From a virus: a stretch of 64,000 bases of DNA. The notes beneath the pieces were generated by a model. That model saw nothing but the letters and a program-made list of their open reading frames with translations, made no database searches and was not told where the DNA came from. The stretch lies in IMG/VR virus record IMGVR_UViG_3300028563_000012, positions 1-64,000 of that record; one strand, given 5' to 3'. The first letter of the stretch is position 1. Every line of letters starts with the position of its first letter. A program made the position numbers and the translations under genes. Positions 1 through 8,380 of this stretch are shown one piece after another.

Positions 1-542
1 TTGGTGGCGTTTGCGCATATGAAATGAAATTCCGTGGGTTGACGGTGGTGGGATGTGTGCTGTGGCTGGGTGTTCCAAGGGACCCAACTGCCACCAGGCC
101 ACACGCAGGTTTGCCAGCCAGTGGGGGATCCCGAGCGCCCCATCACCAGCCATCCACGTGGCAATAATAGCCAGGCATTGTGCCCATCTCAACCATCCAC
201 GCTTTTTGATTTGATGGAAATGGCCGGTGTTTCCGAGCGCCTGTTGGCCCATCAATCGTGGGTGGCGGCGGCAGCATACCAAAGTCCATCAATCTCAACA
301 CTATGCTAGGTGGTGGTCTAGTAACTACTGGTAATCGTTGAATAGTGTAGTTAATTTTAATGCCTGGCGTCCCATGCGATGCGCGCCGATGTGGATTTGC
401 TGGCATTGTGTGTGCCGAACACCACCAATCACCACAGCCGTTTTCTCCACCAACACACCACACACACCGGGCATGTTGCCATCACTACTTCCGGGGGTAT
501 ATGCTTGCGGGTTTGACCACATCCATTGTGGATATGGCAAAA

Positions 543-722
543 CAACCAACATTCACCTAGGCAGGCAACCAACATTCACCGGGTTGGGTTCCACCTTATG
601 GGGTGTCTTGTGGGTTTGGCCACACATTCAGTCCTATACAGCAACCAACATTCACCTAGGCAGGCATTGGGCTTTCACCGGGTTGGGTTCCGCCTTATGG
701 GGTGTCTTTGCGGGTTTGGCCA
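543..722. repeat. Imperfect direct repeat, two ~80-bp units (543-622, 642-722), in a non-coding region
   Basis: Both units contain CAACCAACATTCACCTAGGCAGGCA and TTCACCGGGTTGGGTTCCRCCTTATGGGGTGTCTT...GGGTTTGGCCA. Confidence 0.9.
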
Positions 723-1282
723 TGGTCCCTAATAGGGGTGGGCGCTTCTCGGGCAAACATGGGGTGAAGTCTACTAGGGGTGTTTCTAGGGTCTCCTCTA
801 GGGCTGTCGGATGCGGGACACACGTGGGTTGGGAGCACATGGCCAACAGGGTGTGGGTTTGTGGTGTCCAAGGGCCATGTGATTCGTGGCTGTGGTCTAA
901 GGAGGCCACTTCACCATGGCATTTCCGGGCTGGTTGGTGATGCGGATTGGCCCACTGATTCGTGGGCTGTGATCCCACTTTCTGGCTGTTCAGGGTTGGT
1001 GTGTTTTTCTGCCAAGATTGATGGTGGATTCAACACACCACTTATTGATGGCTGGTTTCTGTGGGTGATTCACTTTACATCTCGTCATCACACCGCTTTG
1101 TGCTTGTTCTTACTAGCTCGCCTAGGGTGTTTCGGAGTCGGGCACACGTGGGGTTGGAAATGGTTACCGCTGGTTTGTGGTGGGAATGGCCAATTTTGAT
1201 GTGGTGTTGCTGTGCGGCGGTAACTGGTGTGGCTTTTGGTTACCGCGCTTTTCCATCTGTGATTGGCGCTACGATCCGGGAC

Positions 1283-1573
1283 ATGGCTGACGAGAATGAG
1301 GATGGTGAAGACATCGGGCACGGCGTCCGGATCCGCTATGCTGAGTACAAGGGTGAGCGCTGCGCCATCCATGAGACCCATCTCAAACCAAGCGGGCAAA
1401 AGTGCCGCGGCTTCGTCCCATTCCGGGGTGGTGCTTGGGATCGGGATTTCAACAGCTCAATCGCTTCATGGGAAGTGATCAACCGTGACCCGCTAACCCT
1501 GGCGCCCTCGATTCTCTGCCGTGCCTGCGGTAATCACGGGTTCATTCAGAACGGCCGCTGGGTTCCTGCGTAG
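1283..1573 (+). CDS. Small Cys/His protein, DUF6527-like; the only credible plus-strand gene
   Basis: C-terminal PLTLAPSILCRACGNHGFIQNGRW matches the TLxPSI..C..HG.I..G.W pattern; start chosen at ATG 1283 (MADENED). Confidence 0.6.
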   Translation: MADENEDGEDIGHGVRIRYAEYKGERCAIHETHLKPSGQKCRGFVPFRGGAWDRDFNSSIASWEVINRDPLTLAPSILCRACGNHGFIQNGRWVPA

Positions 1574-1580
1574 CTTTGAT

Positions 1581-1778
1581 TCAACTCCACCCGTATCCTG
1601 GTGACCGCGGATCCTTCTCATCCATGTGCTGGGAGCATCTCACGGTTTCGAGCTTGCCAAGCTTGTAGTAATGCCCGTCAATACACTTGTAGTCCAAGTC
1701 AACGGCTAAGTGGCTTTGGGTGGTTGGGACTGCTGCGCCACACACGCTGCAGATGCCATGTTTTGGCTTGCGTTTCAT
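1581..1778 (-). CDS. Hypothetical small CxxC protein
   Basis: 65 aa, CSVC, tiles with neighbouring minus-strand ORFs. Confidence 0.5.
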   Translation of the reverse strand: MKRKPKHGICSVCGAAVPTTQSHLAVDLDYKCIDGHYYKLGKLETVRCSQHMDEKDPRSPGYGWS

Positions 1779-1784
1779 GATCCA

Positions 1785-1997
1785 TCACCTCTTGAATCCA
1801 AACCACCAATGCGTCTTCTTCTTTGGCCTATCAGGGATCGCGATCAACGTCCCGCCGAAAGCTTCTGTCCACAGCTGTTGGGCTCCTGTGAATCCCAACA
1901 CATCATTGTTGACAAGCGCTTCCAAGCGCCGCCGGACGCGAGCCGGGCCCGCAGCCCTGAGTTCTTCCAGCGCGATTGACTTGATGAAGGAATCCAT
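1785..1997 (-). CDS. Hypothetical protein
   Basis: 70-aa ORF, tight tiling. Confidence 0.5.
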   Translation of the reverse strand: MDSFIKSIALEELRAAGPARVRRRLEALVNNDVLGFTGAQQLWTEAFGGTLIAIPDRPKKKTHWWFGFKR

Positions 1998-2000
1998 GAT

Positions 2001-2252
2001 TCACCCACGGTGCGTGCGACCGTCAAGGATGCCATCCACCCATTTGCCATTTGGCCAATTCAACATGTATCTTGTGGTGAATCTATCTTCATCGCCATCG
2101 TAGATCGGCGAATGAACAGAAACGGCTGTGACGGCATCGCCATTGACTTCATTGAACCAGCGATATTCCTCCCATTTCCACACCCATCGTCCGGCCGGGA
2201 AAAGTCGACGCAACTGGTTGATGATGCGATTGTTGGTTGCGGGTGGCATCAC
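2001..2252 (-). CDS. Hypothetical protein
   Basis: Trp-rich ORF; start approximate, abutting the stop of the upstream gene. Confidence 0.5.
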   Translation of the reverse strand: MMPPATNNRIINQLRRLFPAGRWVWKWEEYRWFNEVNGDAVTAVSVHSPIYDGDEDRFTTRYMLNWPNGKWVDGILDGRTHRG

Positions 2253-2632
2253 ACGTTGCACTCCTCGCAATCGGGATCGCAACAAACATCATCCTCGCCA
2301 TCATCCGTGTGCCAATATGGTATTTCTTCTCCATCACACATGACGTGTCCGGGGTGGCCGCAATTCGCACAATGGCCGCCATCACCATCCCAAAACATGC
2401 CGGTTTTACTCTCGATGGCCGAGCTGCCGCAATGGTCACAGTCGAGGGTGGTGGTCAAGGCAACAGCCTGACCGGGCGACTGGTGCTTGGCCTTGTATTC
2501 CTCCAAGTGTTTCAGAAATTCTTGGATGTCGTCACCGTACGCTTCAGCGATGACGCGAATGCTCCCATCAGCCAAGCGCTCAAACGCACAGCAAACAGTT
2601 TGTTCGATCCCAAGGTCGCATGTGATTTTCAT
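2249..2632 (-). CDS. Hypothetical Zn-ribbon protein
   Basis: CDHC, CANC and CCDPDCEEC motifs; ATGA overlap with the upstream gene. Confidence 0.55.
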   Translation of the reverse strand: MKITCDLGIEQTVCCAFERLADGSIRVIAEAYGDDIQEFLKHLEEYKAKHQSPGQAVALTTTLDCDHCGSSAIESKTGMFWDGDGGHCANCGHPGHVMCDGEEIPYWHTDDGEDDVCCDPDCEECNV

Positions 2633-2856
2633 CTTTGCCCCAACAACCCATTGGCCTGCAAGACAGCGATCACAACCTCGTAAGGCGCGATGCCTGTTGA
2701 AATCGTGACGCTCCCATGGTCGATGTACACAAAGCAATCGATGTCGGTCGTCAACACCCCGGCCGCGTGGCGCAACCGCGTTCTCCCGGACTCATCACGC
2801 GATTCCTTTGCGAACCATCTCCAACCGTCTAACAACCTCGGCAGCCCAGCCATCAC
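2629..2856 (-). CDS. Hypothetical protein
   Basis: 75 aa; 4-bp overlaps with both neighbours. Confidence 0.5.
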   Translation of the reverse strand: MMAGLPRLLDGWRWFAKESRDESGRTRLRHAAGVLTTDIDCFVYIDHGSVTISTGIAPYEVVIAVLQANGLLGQR

Positions 2857-3065
2857 TTAACCATCTTTCCAATTGGCCAATCCAAAATGCAAAATCCACA
2901 ACGTTGGACCGCGGACTCAATCGCCAAACGGAGCGCACGATCCTTCACCATGATCAGCATGGCTGTGGTGCCTTCCGAGTCGATGTTCTTCGCCATGCTC
3001 ACTTGAATGTCGCCGTCGGTGATGGCGTGCTCCAACTCGGATTGAAGTTGCGAATCCGACGCCAT
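2853..3065 (-). CDS. Hypothetical protein
   Basis: Start at MASDSQ avoids overlap with the upstream gene. Confidence 0.5.
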   Translation of the reverse strand: MASDSQLQSELEHAITDGDIQVSMAKNIDSEGTTAMLIMVKDRALRLAIESAVQRCGFCILDWPIGKMVK

Positions 3066-3069
3066 GAGG

Positions 3070-3549
3070 CTAGACAACGCCAACGGAGTTTTCTTGAGCT
3101 CCGTTGATGGCCCTGACCATGGCCTCAAGGCCGTATTCCTCATCAATGACCATGGCAAAATACTCGTGATCATCGTTGTGGATTTTGATTGGGAAAAAGC
3201 GAAACGTCACAGCCGAGTAAACCATGCACGTTTGGTTGCAGAACCGCTTCGCCTTTGGATGGCAGCATTTTCCGACCAACGACAACGTCACGCTGGAGCC
3301 CGTGAACGGCCGTTCGTTCAACAAAACGCCAATGCCGGGATGGTACAACAAAACATCCAAACCGCCATTCCCACCAGCGCGCAGCCAATCGGCAAGGGCT
3401 GCAGCGCGCTTTGCTGCTTCTTTCCGTGCAGACTTGACATGGTTGGCGCACTCCGCAATGACGCGCGCATAGCTCAGCCTGATCCAAAGCACTGCAACGA
3501 TGAGCGCTGTTATGCGCAACACATATCCAACTATCTTCCAAGTTTCCAT
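3070..3549 (-). CDS. Hypothetical membrane-anchored protein
   Basis: N-terminal hydrophobic helix IVGYVLRITALIVAVLWI. Confidence 0.5.
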   Translation of the reverse strand: METWKIVGYVLRITALIVAVLWIRLSYARVIAECANHVKSARKEAAKRAAALADWLRAGGNGGLDVLLYHPGIGVLLNERPFTGSSVTLSLVGKCCHPKAKRFCNQTCMVYSAVTFRFFPIKIHNDDHEYFAMVIDEEYGLEAMVRAINGAQENSVGVV

Positions 3550-3565
3550 CACAACTCCTGTCCAG

Positions 3566-3823
3566 TTACGCAGACCACCCACCACGCAGGGTGAGCCAAG
3601 CGTTGAAGTACGTCAGCAACACCGAGCAATCCGGGTGTGCTGCCTGCAAATGCGGCGAACGAACCATGCCCATCGTCATCTCAACAGCAACGCGGATCTC
3701 TTTTGATTCCGCGCTTATCTTTTTGCAAAGATCGTTGCATGACATCAAGTCAGATGTGGCCTTGTAGGCTCTGCTCAACCTGTCATATTCATCACAATGA
3801 CCAACAAATTCTGATATTCCCAT
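3566..3823 (-). CDS. Hypothetical protein
   Basis: Start MGISEF preceded by GGAGG. Confidence 0.5.
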   Translation of the reverse strand: MGISEFVGHCDEYDRLSRAYKATSDLMSCNDLCKKISAESKEIRVAVEMTMGMVRSPHLQAAHPDCSVLLTYFNAWLTLRGGWSA

Positions 3824-3843
3824 GGCAATGGCCTCTTTGTGAT

Positions 3844-4098
3844 TCACCGTTTTGGCTTGTTTTTCTCGTGCGGTGGGCAAAAGTCCAAGTTGGGGAATTC
3901 CGGACCTTGGTTGGTGGCGCAACGAGCGCAGATCTCACGCCCGCATGTTGCAGCCTTCCCGCCCCTCAAAACAGGAAAGTCACAACGCTTGCGGGCGATT
4001 ATCCCGCAACCTGGCGTCTTGCACAACGGCACAGCGTCGTGGTTCCGCCCGCAGATGAAAACGGTCAACTTGGGTTCGTCTAATCGTGGATACGACAT
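3844..4098 (-). CDS. Hypothetical Cys-rich Zn-finger protein
   Basis: CKTPGC..CDFP..TCGREICARC..FCPPH. Confidence 0.55.
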   Translation of the reverse strand: MSYPRLDEPKLTVFICGRNHDAVPLCKTPGCGIIARKRCDFPVLRGGKAATCGREICARCATNQGPEFPNLDFCPPHEKNKPKR

Positions 4099-5006
4099 TG
4101 CAACACCTTTTCATCTTCCCACGCCAACCCAGCACCCCAAACATGGACCGGAACGGGTGACTCAAATCCGGCTGCGTTCTTGTGCCCGCCTCCGCCCATC
4201 TTCTTAGCCAAATCAGACACGTCAAAATCACCGACGGAGCGCATGCTGTACACCAACATCCCATCTTGGCGCTGCCACCAACCAACCGAAAATGGGCATT
4301 GATGACCTGGAAGCGGGTTCACCAACAAGTCTTCCAGCAATTCAGAGATGTCGACTTGCGACGCATTGACAACCGGGACCGAATGCCCCATGAAACGGCA
4401 GATCAACGCGTTCTTGCGCACCACAGCGACGTACTGATCGACCTTCGCCAGCACGGCCGCACCCTCACGCAACGGCAGCCTATGCTCCTCGTCCAAGTAT
4501 CTCTCATATTCATCATCCCAAGCTTTGAATGTGAATGGGAGCGATCCGATGTAGGCATTGATCGTTTTGGACTCGGGCAACCGGTGGCGCCACAGATCGC
4601 GATCTTCGATGTACGGCACCAAGTACGGGGAAACTGTGTTGCATGCGAAAGCATCCCAGGCCATTTGGGCGCCGCTCTTGTCCATGTCGAAGATGATGCG
4701 CACACGACTCAATGCTGGATCCAAGACGCTCTGCAGAGGCCTCAAAGCTTCCATGGCTGTCTTGTGATGATCCAAGACAAGCAAGGTCCGGCATTGGCGT
4801 ATGATCCGTTCCATCTCAGCCAGCGGATATGAAAAGTCCACCATGATGACGTCAAGATCCCAGCAATCTGGCGGTGATTGTCCATAGTAACCAGCAAAGA
4901 AATCGCACTCTTGCTTCTTTCGCTTCATGAACCTGTTGACGATCCACGCCGCGCAAAAGCCGTCACGACAGCCGCCGTGATAGATGACAATCGTTTCGTT
5001 CTTCAT
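4080..5006 (-). CDS. DHH/DHHA1 phosphoesterase (NrnB/nanoRNase-like)
   Basis: YHxxCxDG, VDFS, LDHHKT, IEDRDLW, SMRS, GGGGHKNAAGF. Confidence 0.9.
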   Translation of the reverse strand: MKNETIVIYHGGCRDGFCAAWIVNRFMKRKKQECDFFAGYYGQSPPDCWDLDVIMVDFSYPLAEMERIIRQCRTLLVLDHHKTAMEALRPLQSVLDPALSRVRIIFDMDKSGAQMAWDAFACNTVSPYLVPYIEDRDLWRHRLPESKTINAYIGSLPFTFKAWDDEYERYLDEEHRLPLREGAAVLAKVDQYVAVVRKNALICRFMGHSVPVVNASQVDISELLEDLLVNPLPGHQCPFSVGWWQRQDGMLVYSMRSVGDFDVSDLAKKMGGGGHKNAAGFESPVPVHVWGAGLAWEDEKVLQCRIHD

Positions 5007-5008
5007 GC

Positions 5009-5488
5009 TTACCTTTCGCTGATCAGGGTGACAGCTGATAACGTGCTGATGCCGAGCAAGACAGCCAACGGTGCGGAGATGTCTGCGCAGCCACGCCATT
5101 TGCCCGGCCTGCCAAGTTCCTTCGCTCCATTGAACCACGTACCATCAGCCGCCAACTTGCCGTAGGGGCCACGATCAATCACGCTCGCATCGAGGCAGAC
5201 ACCATTGCTGTGAACGCACACTTGAACCGGAGTGTTGAGCTTCAGCGTGCGATGAGCGATGCCTGGTGTGAGCGTCGGATCTGCGCCCGTAGCGGTCTTG
5301 GTCTTGGAGTTGACGTCATCGGGCGTCGCATACACCCCAGCCAAGCAAGTCTCGATGCGCTTGCCTGCATGCTTCGCTGCTGCGATGATGGGCCAAAGCA
5401 CGTGGCCTTGTTTGATCGGCTTTGGCTTTGTGCGGTGGTGGTGTCCGGCCGTTGCGCTGGCCAACAACATGAGCAACAAGAAACGCAT
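5009..5488 (-). CDS. RlpA-like double-psi beta-barrel protein with signal peptide (putative lytic transglycosylase)
   Basis: TATG, IAHRTL..NTxVxV, VIDRGPY, DIS; N-terminal MRFLLLMLLASATA. Confidence 0.8.
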   Translation of the reverse strand: MRFLLLMLLASATAGHHHRTKPKPIKQGHVLWPIIAAAKHAGKRIETCLAGVYATPDDVNSKTKTATGADPTLTPGIAHRTLKLNTPVQVCVHSNGVCLDASVIDRGPYGKLAADGTWFNGAKELGRPGKWRGCADISAPLAVLLGISTLSAVTLISER

Positions 5489-5886
5489 CAGGACACAGTA
5501 TTGAGCGGTGTATCCAGTCCGGCCTTGTTGGGCTTGTCTGACATCTTCCGGCCGGACTCGAAGCCGTTGTGATAGGCTCCAGCCTCGACACCAACCACCA
5601 AGTCGTTGATCTTCCTGACTGTTCCCGCGTTATCGCCATCAAGGCGGTAATCATCGATCAACTTCCACAGCTCCGTCAGGGCAGCATAACTTCCAGAACG
5701 AAACGGCAACTCACGCGTCAAGATGTTGTTGATTTCAACGGCCACAGAACGATGGTGAGGGCAAGGATCAGAATGAAAACACAACATGCCAGCAACTTTC
5801 ATCACGCCGCTGGTGAGCTCTTCGCGCGTTTCATCAGCTTCCCTGAATTTCCCCTTCAACCATGCCAGCATGCGACTCATGGACAC
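5488..5886 (-). CDS. Hypothetical protein
   Basis: 132-aa ORF, GGAGG near the start, tiling. Confidence 0.55.
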   Translation of the reverse strand: MSMSRMLAWLKGKFREADETREELTSGVMKVAGMLCFHSDPCPHHRSVAVEINNILTRELPFRSGSYAALTELWKLIDDYRLDGDNAGTVRKINDLVVGVEAGAYHNGFESGRKMSDKPNKAGLDTPLNTVS

Positions 5887-5889
5887 CTC

Positions 5890-6054
5890 CTACATGATTG
5901 TTGCTGAGTCCAATCCTGCCTGGCGCCAACCGGCAGACCATCGCCGCCGGTGCCATGTGTTCGTCTTGTGCGGATTGGATGTGATCGGCTTGCCCTTTTC
6001 ACGGGCAGAATAGCCATCCCCGTATGGATCGCCCTTCCTATCCTGCGGTTTCAC
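5890..6054 (-). CDS. Ribosome modulation factor (Rmf/CrpP-fold)-like small protein
   Basis: GYSAREKG....NPH.....RRRWSAGWRQA parallels the Rmf pattern GY.A...G.....PY.....R..W..GWR.A; GTG start assumed. Confidence 0.6.
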   Translation of the reverse strand: MKPQDRKGDPYGDGYSAREKGKPITSNPHKTNTWHRRRWSAGWRQAGLDSATIM

Positions 6055-6835
6055 TTTGAGTGGCAACTGGCGGTGCCTGTTCTGCTGCTCTCTCCATGGG
6101 AGCTTGAGCAACTTCGGGTGTCTCTTTCACTTCGATCATGGCACGCAACTTCGTCATCAGCGTGCCAAGTTTAGCATCCCAAGCAACCTTGCCTTCACCG
6201 CTCTGGAATTCCTGGCGTTGCTCGCACCAAACCAAGCCGGAGTAAATGCCGACGATGATCTGGTCACGCTGCTTGATGGCCTTCAGCACGCTTTCCTCTT
6301 TCTCAGGATTGCGCATTGAACGTTCCATCTGGGCCACAATCCGCAAGCGCGCGATCTCGTTGTTCTTGTCCAACATGCGCTTGCGCCATTCCGGATGCAT
6401 CTCGCGCACCATCTGCGTCGCCTTGATCTTGGCCTTGCGGTCTGTGTCTGTGTTGGCCCGCTCCAGTTGCGTGCGCAACTCGGCCATGGCACCTTCAAGC
6501 TGCCTGGCGTGAATTGTGGATTGCTCCAACGTTTGACGCAAATCATCGATGGTCGCGTTGCGCTTGGTCAACAAGCCGTCAAGGCCGTGGTTGGACGCTA
6601 TCAGATCTCCCACCTTGTCTTCAAGGCCTTTGCAGACTTCACGTGCGCCGTTCAGGCGTTCCAGCAGCTCTGCCTTGTCAGCTTGAGCGTCATCCGCGGC
6701 CGCGGCCGCGCTTTCCGCCTTTGCTTTTGCTGACTCCACCAAGGCTTTTGCTTCGCGCCCCAGCTTGATCAGTTCGGCTTGCTTTGCCTTGCGCTTGCGG
6801 CGTCGGATCTGGTTGGATGACAGTTGCTTTGCCAT
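6038..6835 (-). CDS. Coiled-coil hypothetical protein
   Basis: Long heptad-rich helical sequence; GGAG RBS. Confidence 0.7.
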   Translation of the reverse strand: MAKQLSSNQIRRRKRKAKQAELIKLGREAKALVESAKAKAESAAAAADDAQADKAELLERLNGAREVCKGLEDKVGDLIASNHGLDGLLTKRNATIDDLRQTLEQSTIHARQLEGAMAELRTQLERANTDTDRKAKIKATQMVREMHPEWRKRMLDKNNEIARLRIVAQMERSMRNPEKEESVLKAIKQRDQIIVGIYSGLVWCEQRQEFQSGEGKVAWDAKLGTLMTKLRAMIEVKETPEVAQAPMERAAEQAPPVATQSETAG

Positions 6836-7337
6836 CGCTTACTCCGCCGCCCCGTGCTTCCGGCTGATGCTCTTGATCAACTCCCACTGGATGAAGTCCG
6901 ACTGATCGTTGTTGATGATCAGAGTCGCCGGTGTCCTCACCTCTTGACCATACAACAGCTGGGTGGTGAACGTCACTTCCGTGATTTTGCCTTCGCGGCG
7001 CGCGCCCTCCTTGGTTTCCACCACGTGGGTGCCGTGTTTCAAATCTTCCAGGTTGATTGTCCAACGAATTGCCATGTGACGTTCCTCCGATTGTAACGCT
7101 ATTTTGTGACGCCGTTTTCGCCGCCGCTGTTGCTTGTGCCTTGTGGCAAGAAGCGCTGCAGATTTCAAAGCCCTTGGGCATCACGTTTTTGCAGACGGGG
7201 CATGTGGCACAGCGGAACCATGTCACGCTGCCAATCTTTCGCTGGAGTCTGAATTCCTCCAGCATGATCTTGTCAGGATAACCACCGGCCGGCGGATCCG
7301 GGATGATATCCTCATCGTCTTCCAGCACGTCGCTCAT
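6690..7337 (-). CDS. Hypothetical Cys-cluster protein; the 3' part overlaps downstream genes
   Basis: First ~85 aa are protein-like (CPVC..CSASC); the rest reads through two other genes. Confidence 0.45.
   Translation of the reverse strand: MSDVLEDDEDIIPDPPAGGYPDKIMLEEFRLQRKIGSVTWFRCATCPVCKNVMPKGFEICSASCHKAQATAAAKTASQNSVTIGGTSHGNSLDNQPGRFETRHPRGGNQGGRAPRRQNHGSDVHHPAVVWSRGEDTGDSDHQQRSVGLHPVGVDQEHQPEARGGGVSDGKATVIQPDPTPQAQGKASRTDQAGARSKSLGGVSKSKGGKRGRGRG
6839..7075 (-). CDS. Hypothetical small beta-barrel protein
   Basis: GGAGG RBS before MAIRWT. Confidence 0.65.
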   Translation of the reverse strand: MAIRWTINLEDLKHGTHVVETKEGARREGKITEVTFTTQLLYGQEVRTPATLIINNDQSDFIQWELIKSISRKHGAAE

Positions 7338-7570
7338 CAGTTGGCCACCTTAGCAATGTCTGGGTTGACGCACAGGGTGTCGCGGATGGCCTTGGCGAGA
7401 TGTTCAGCCGCCTGGATGGCGTCGGCGCGCTCGGGATACTTGCGATTGCTCAGAATCGTGATGGCGTCCGCGACGCTGAACGAGATCTTCCAACCGTCAA
7501 CATGATTCCCAATGACAGCCAATGTGACGGCAGCGTTCTCAGTCGGAGTGGGTGTTTGCTCTTGATCCAT
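7337..7570 (-). CDS. Hypothetical protein
   Basis: 77 aa; TGATG overlap with the next gene. Confidence 0.6.
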   Translation of the reverse strand: MDQEQTPTPTENAAVTLAVIGNHVDGWKISFSVADAITILSNRKYPERADAIQAAEHLAKAIRDTLCVNPDIAKVAN

Positions 7571-8141
7571 GCGCGAGTTCAGATGCTAGTTTCATGTCCT
7601 TGATGAACTCTTCTTTGCGCTTTGGGTCAGCGACGCGTAAAAGGTATGCCGGATGATAGGTGGGAATGGCTGGAATGATTGATCTTTTACCCTTCCACGT
7701 CCAACCAGTTTCCATCTCGGTCCCGCGCATTCGAGTGATGGGAGCATTGCCGCCCGTCAAAGCCCGAAAGGCTGTCGAGCCGAGCAGCAACACCGCTTTG
7801 GGTTGTACGGCTTGTAGCAGCGCATCGAGCCGCGGCGAGCATGCAACCATCTCGCTGTCATGCGGCTGCCGGTTCTGCGGCGGGCGGCAGCCGCAGACGT
7901 TCGTGATGTAGGCGTCCATGGACATGTCCAAGCCTGCCTCAGTGCCAAGCTCGCGCATGAGGCGGCCAGCCTTCCCGATGAACGGGATCCCGCGCTCGTC
8001 TTCTTCAGCACCAGGTGCTTCGCCGATGAGCATCAGGTCACAAGGCACGGGCCCGGTGCCGATCACAACACGTTGGCGAAGTGCGTGGAGCGGGCAACGT
8101 TGGCAATCAGCCCAAAGTGATTCGATACGTTCAATCATCAC
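7539..8141 (-). CDS. udg: Uracil-DNA glycosylase, family 4 (Fe-S)
   Basis: CQRCPL, GEAPGAEE, PFIGKAG, YITNV.GCRPPQNR, HPAYLLR. Confidence 0.93.
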   Translation of the reverse strand: MMIERIESLWADCQRCPLHALRQRVVIGTGPVPCDLMLIGEAPGAEEDERGIPFIGKAGRLMRELGTEAGLDMSMDAYITNVCGCRPPQNRQPHDSEMVACSPRLDALLQAVQPKAVLLLGSTAFRALTGGNAPITRMRGTEMETGWTWKGKRSIIPAIPTYHPAYLLRVADPKRKEEFIKDMKLASELAHGSRANTHSD

Positions 8142-8380
8142 CGATCCATGACGTCAAAAACATCAGGCGGCAACCCATCGTACTCATCGCCCGCATCTTG
8201 ACGTTCAGCACGCATGAGCTGGCGCACCACCTTATGGTTGTTTGACTTGGGAAAGAACTTCATGCGCAACAACTTGTGTTGCACCAGCAGACTCTTGTAA
8301 CGATGTTCCCAGTAGCAATCCAAGCAAATATGTGGGCAAAATGTCGATTTGATCCTGATGATTACAGGATTTTCAAGCAT
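8138..8380 (-). CDS. Hypothetical protein
   Basis: 80 aa, CLDC, short overlaps with neighbours. Confidence 0.45.
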   Translation of the reverse strand: MLENPVIIRIKSTFCPHICLDCYWEHRYKSLLVQHKLLRMKFFPKSNNHKVVRQLMRAERQDAGDEYDGLPPDVFDVMDR

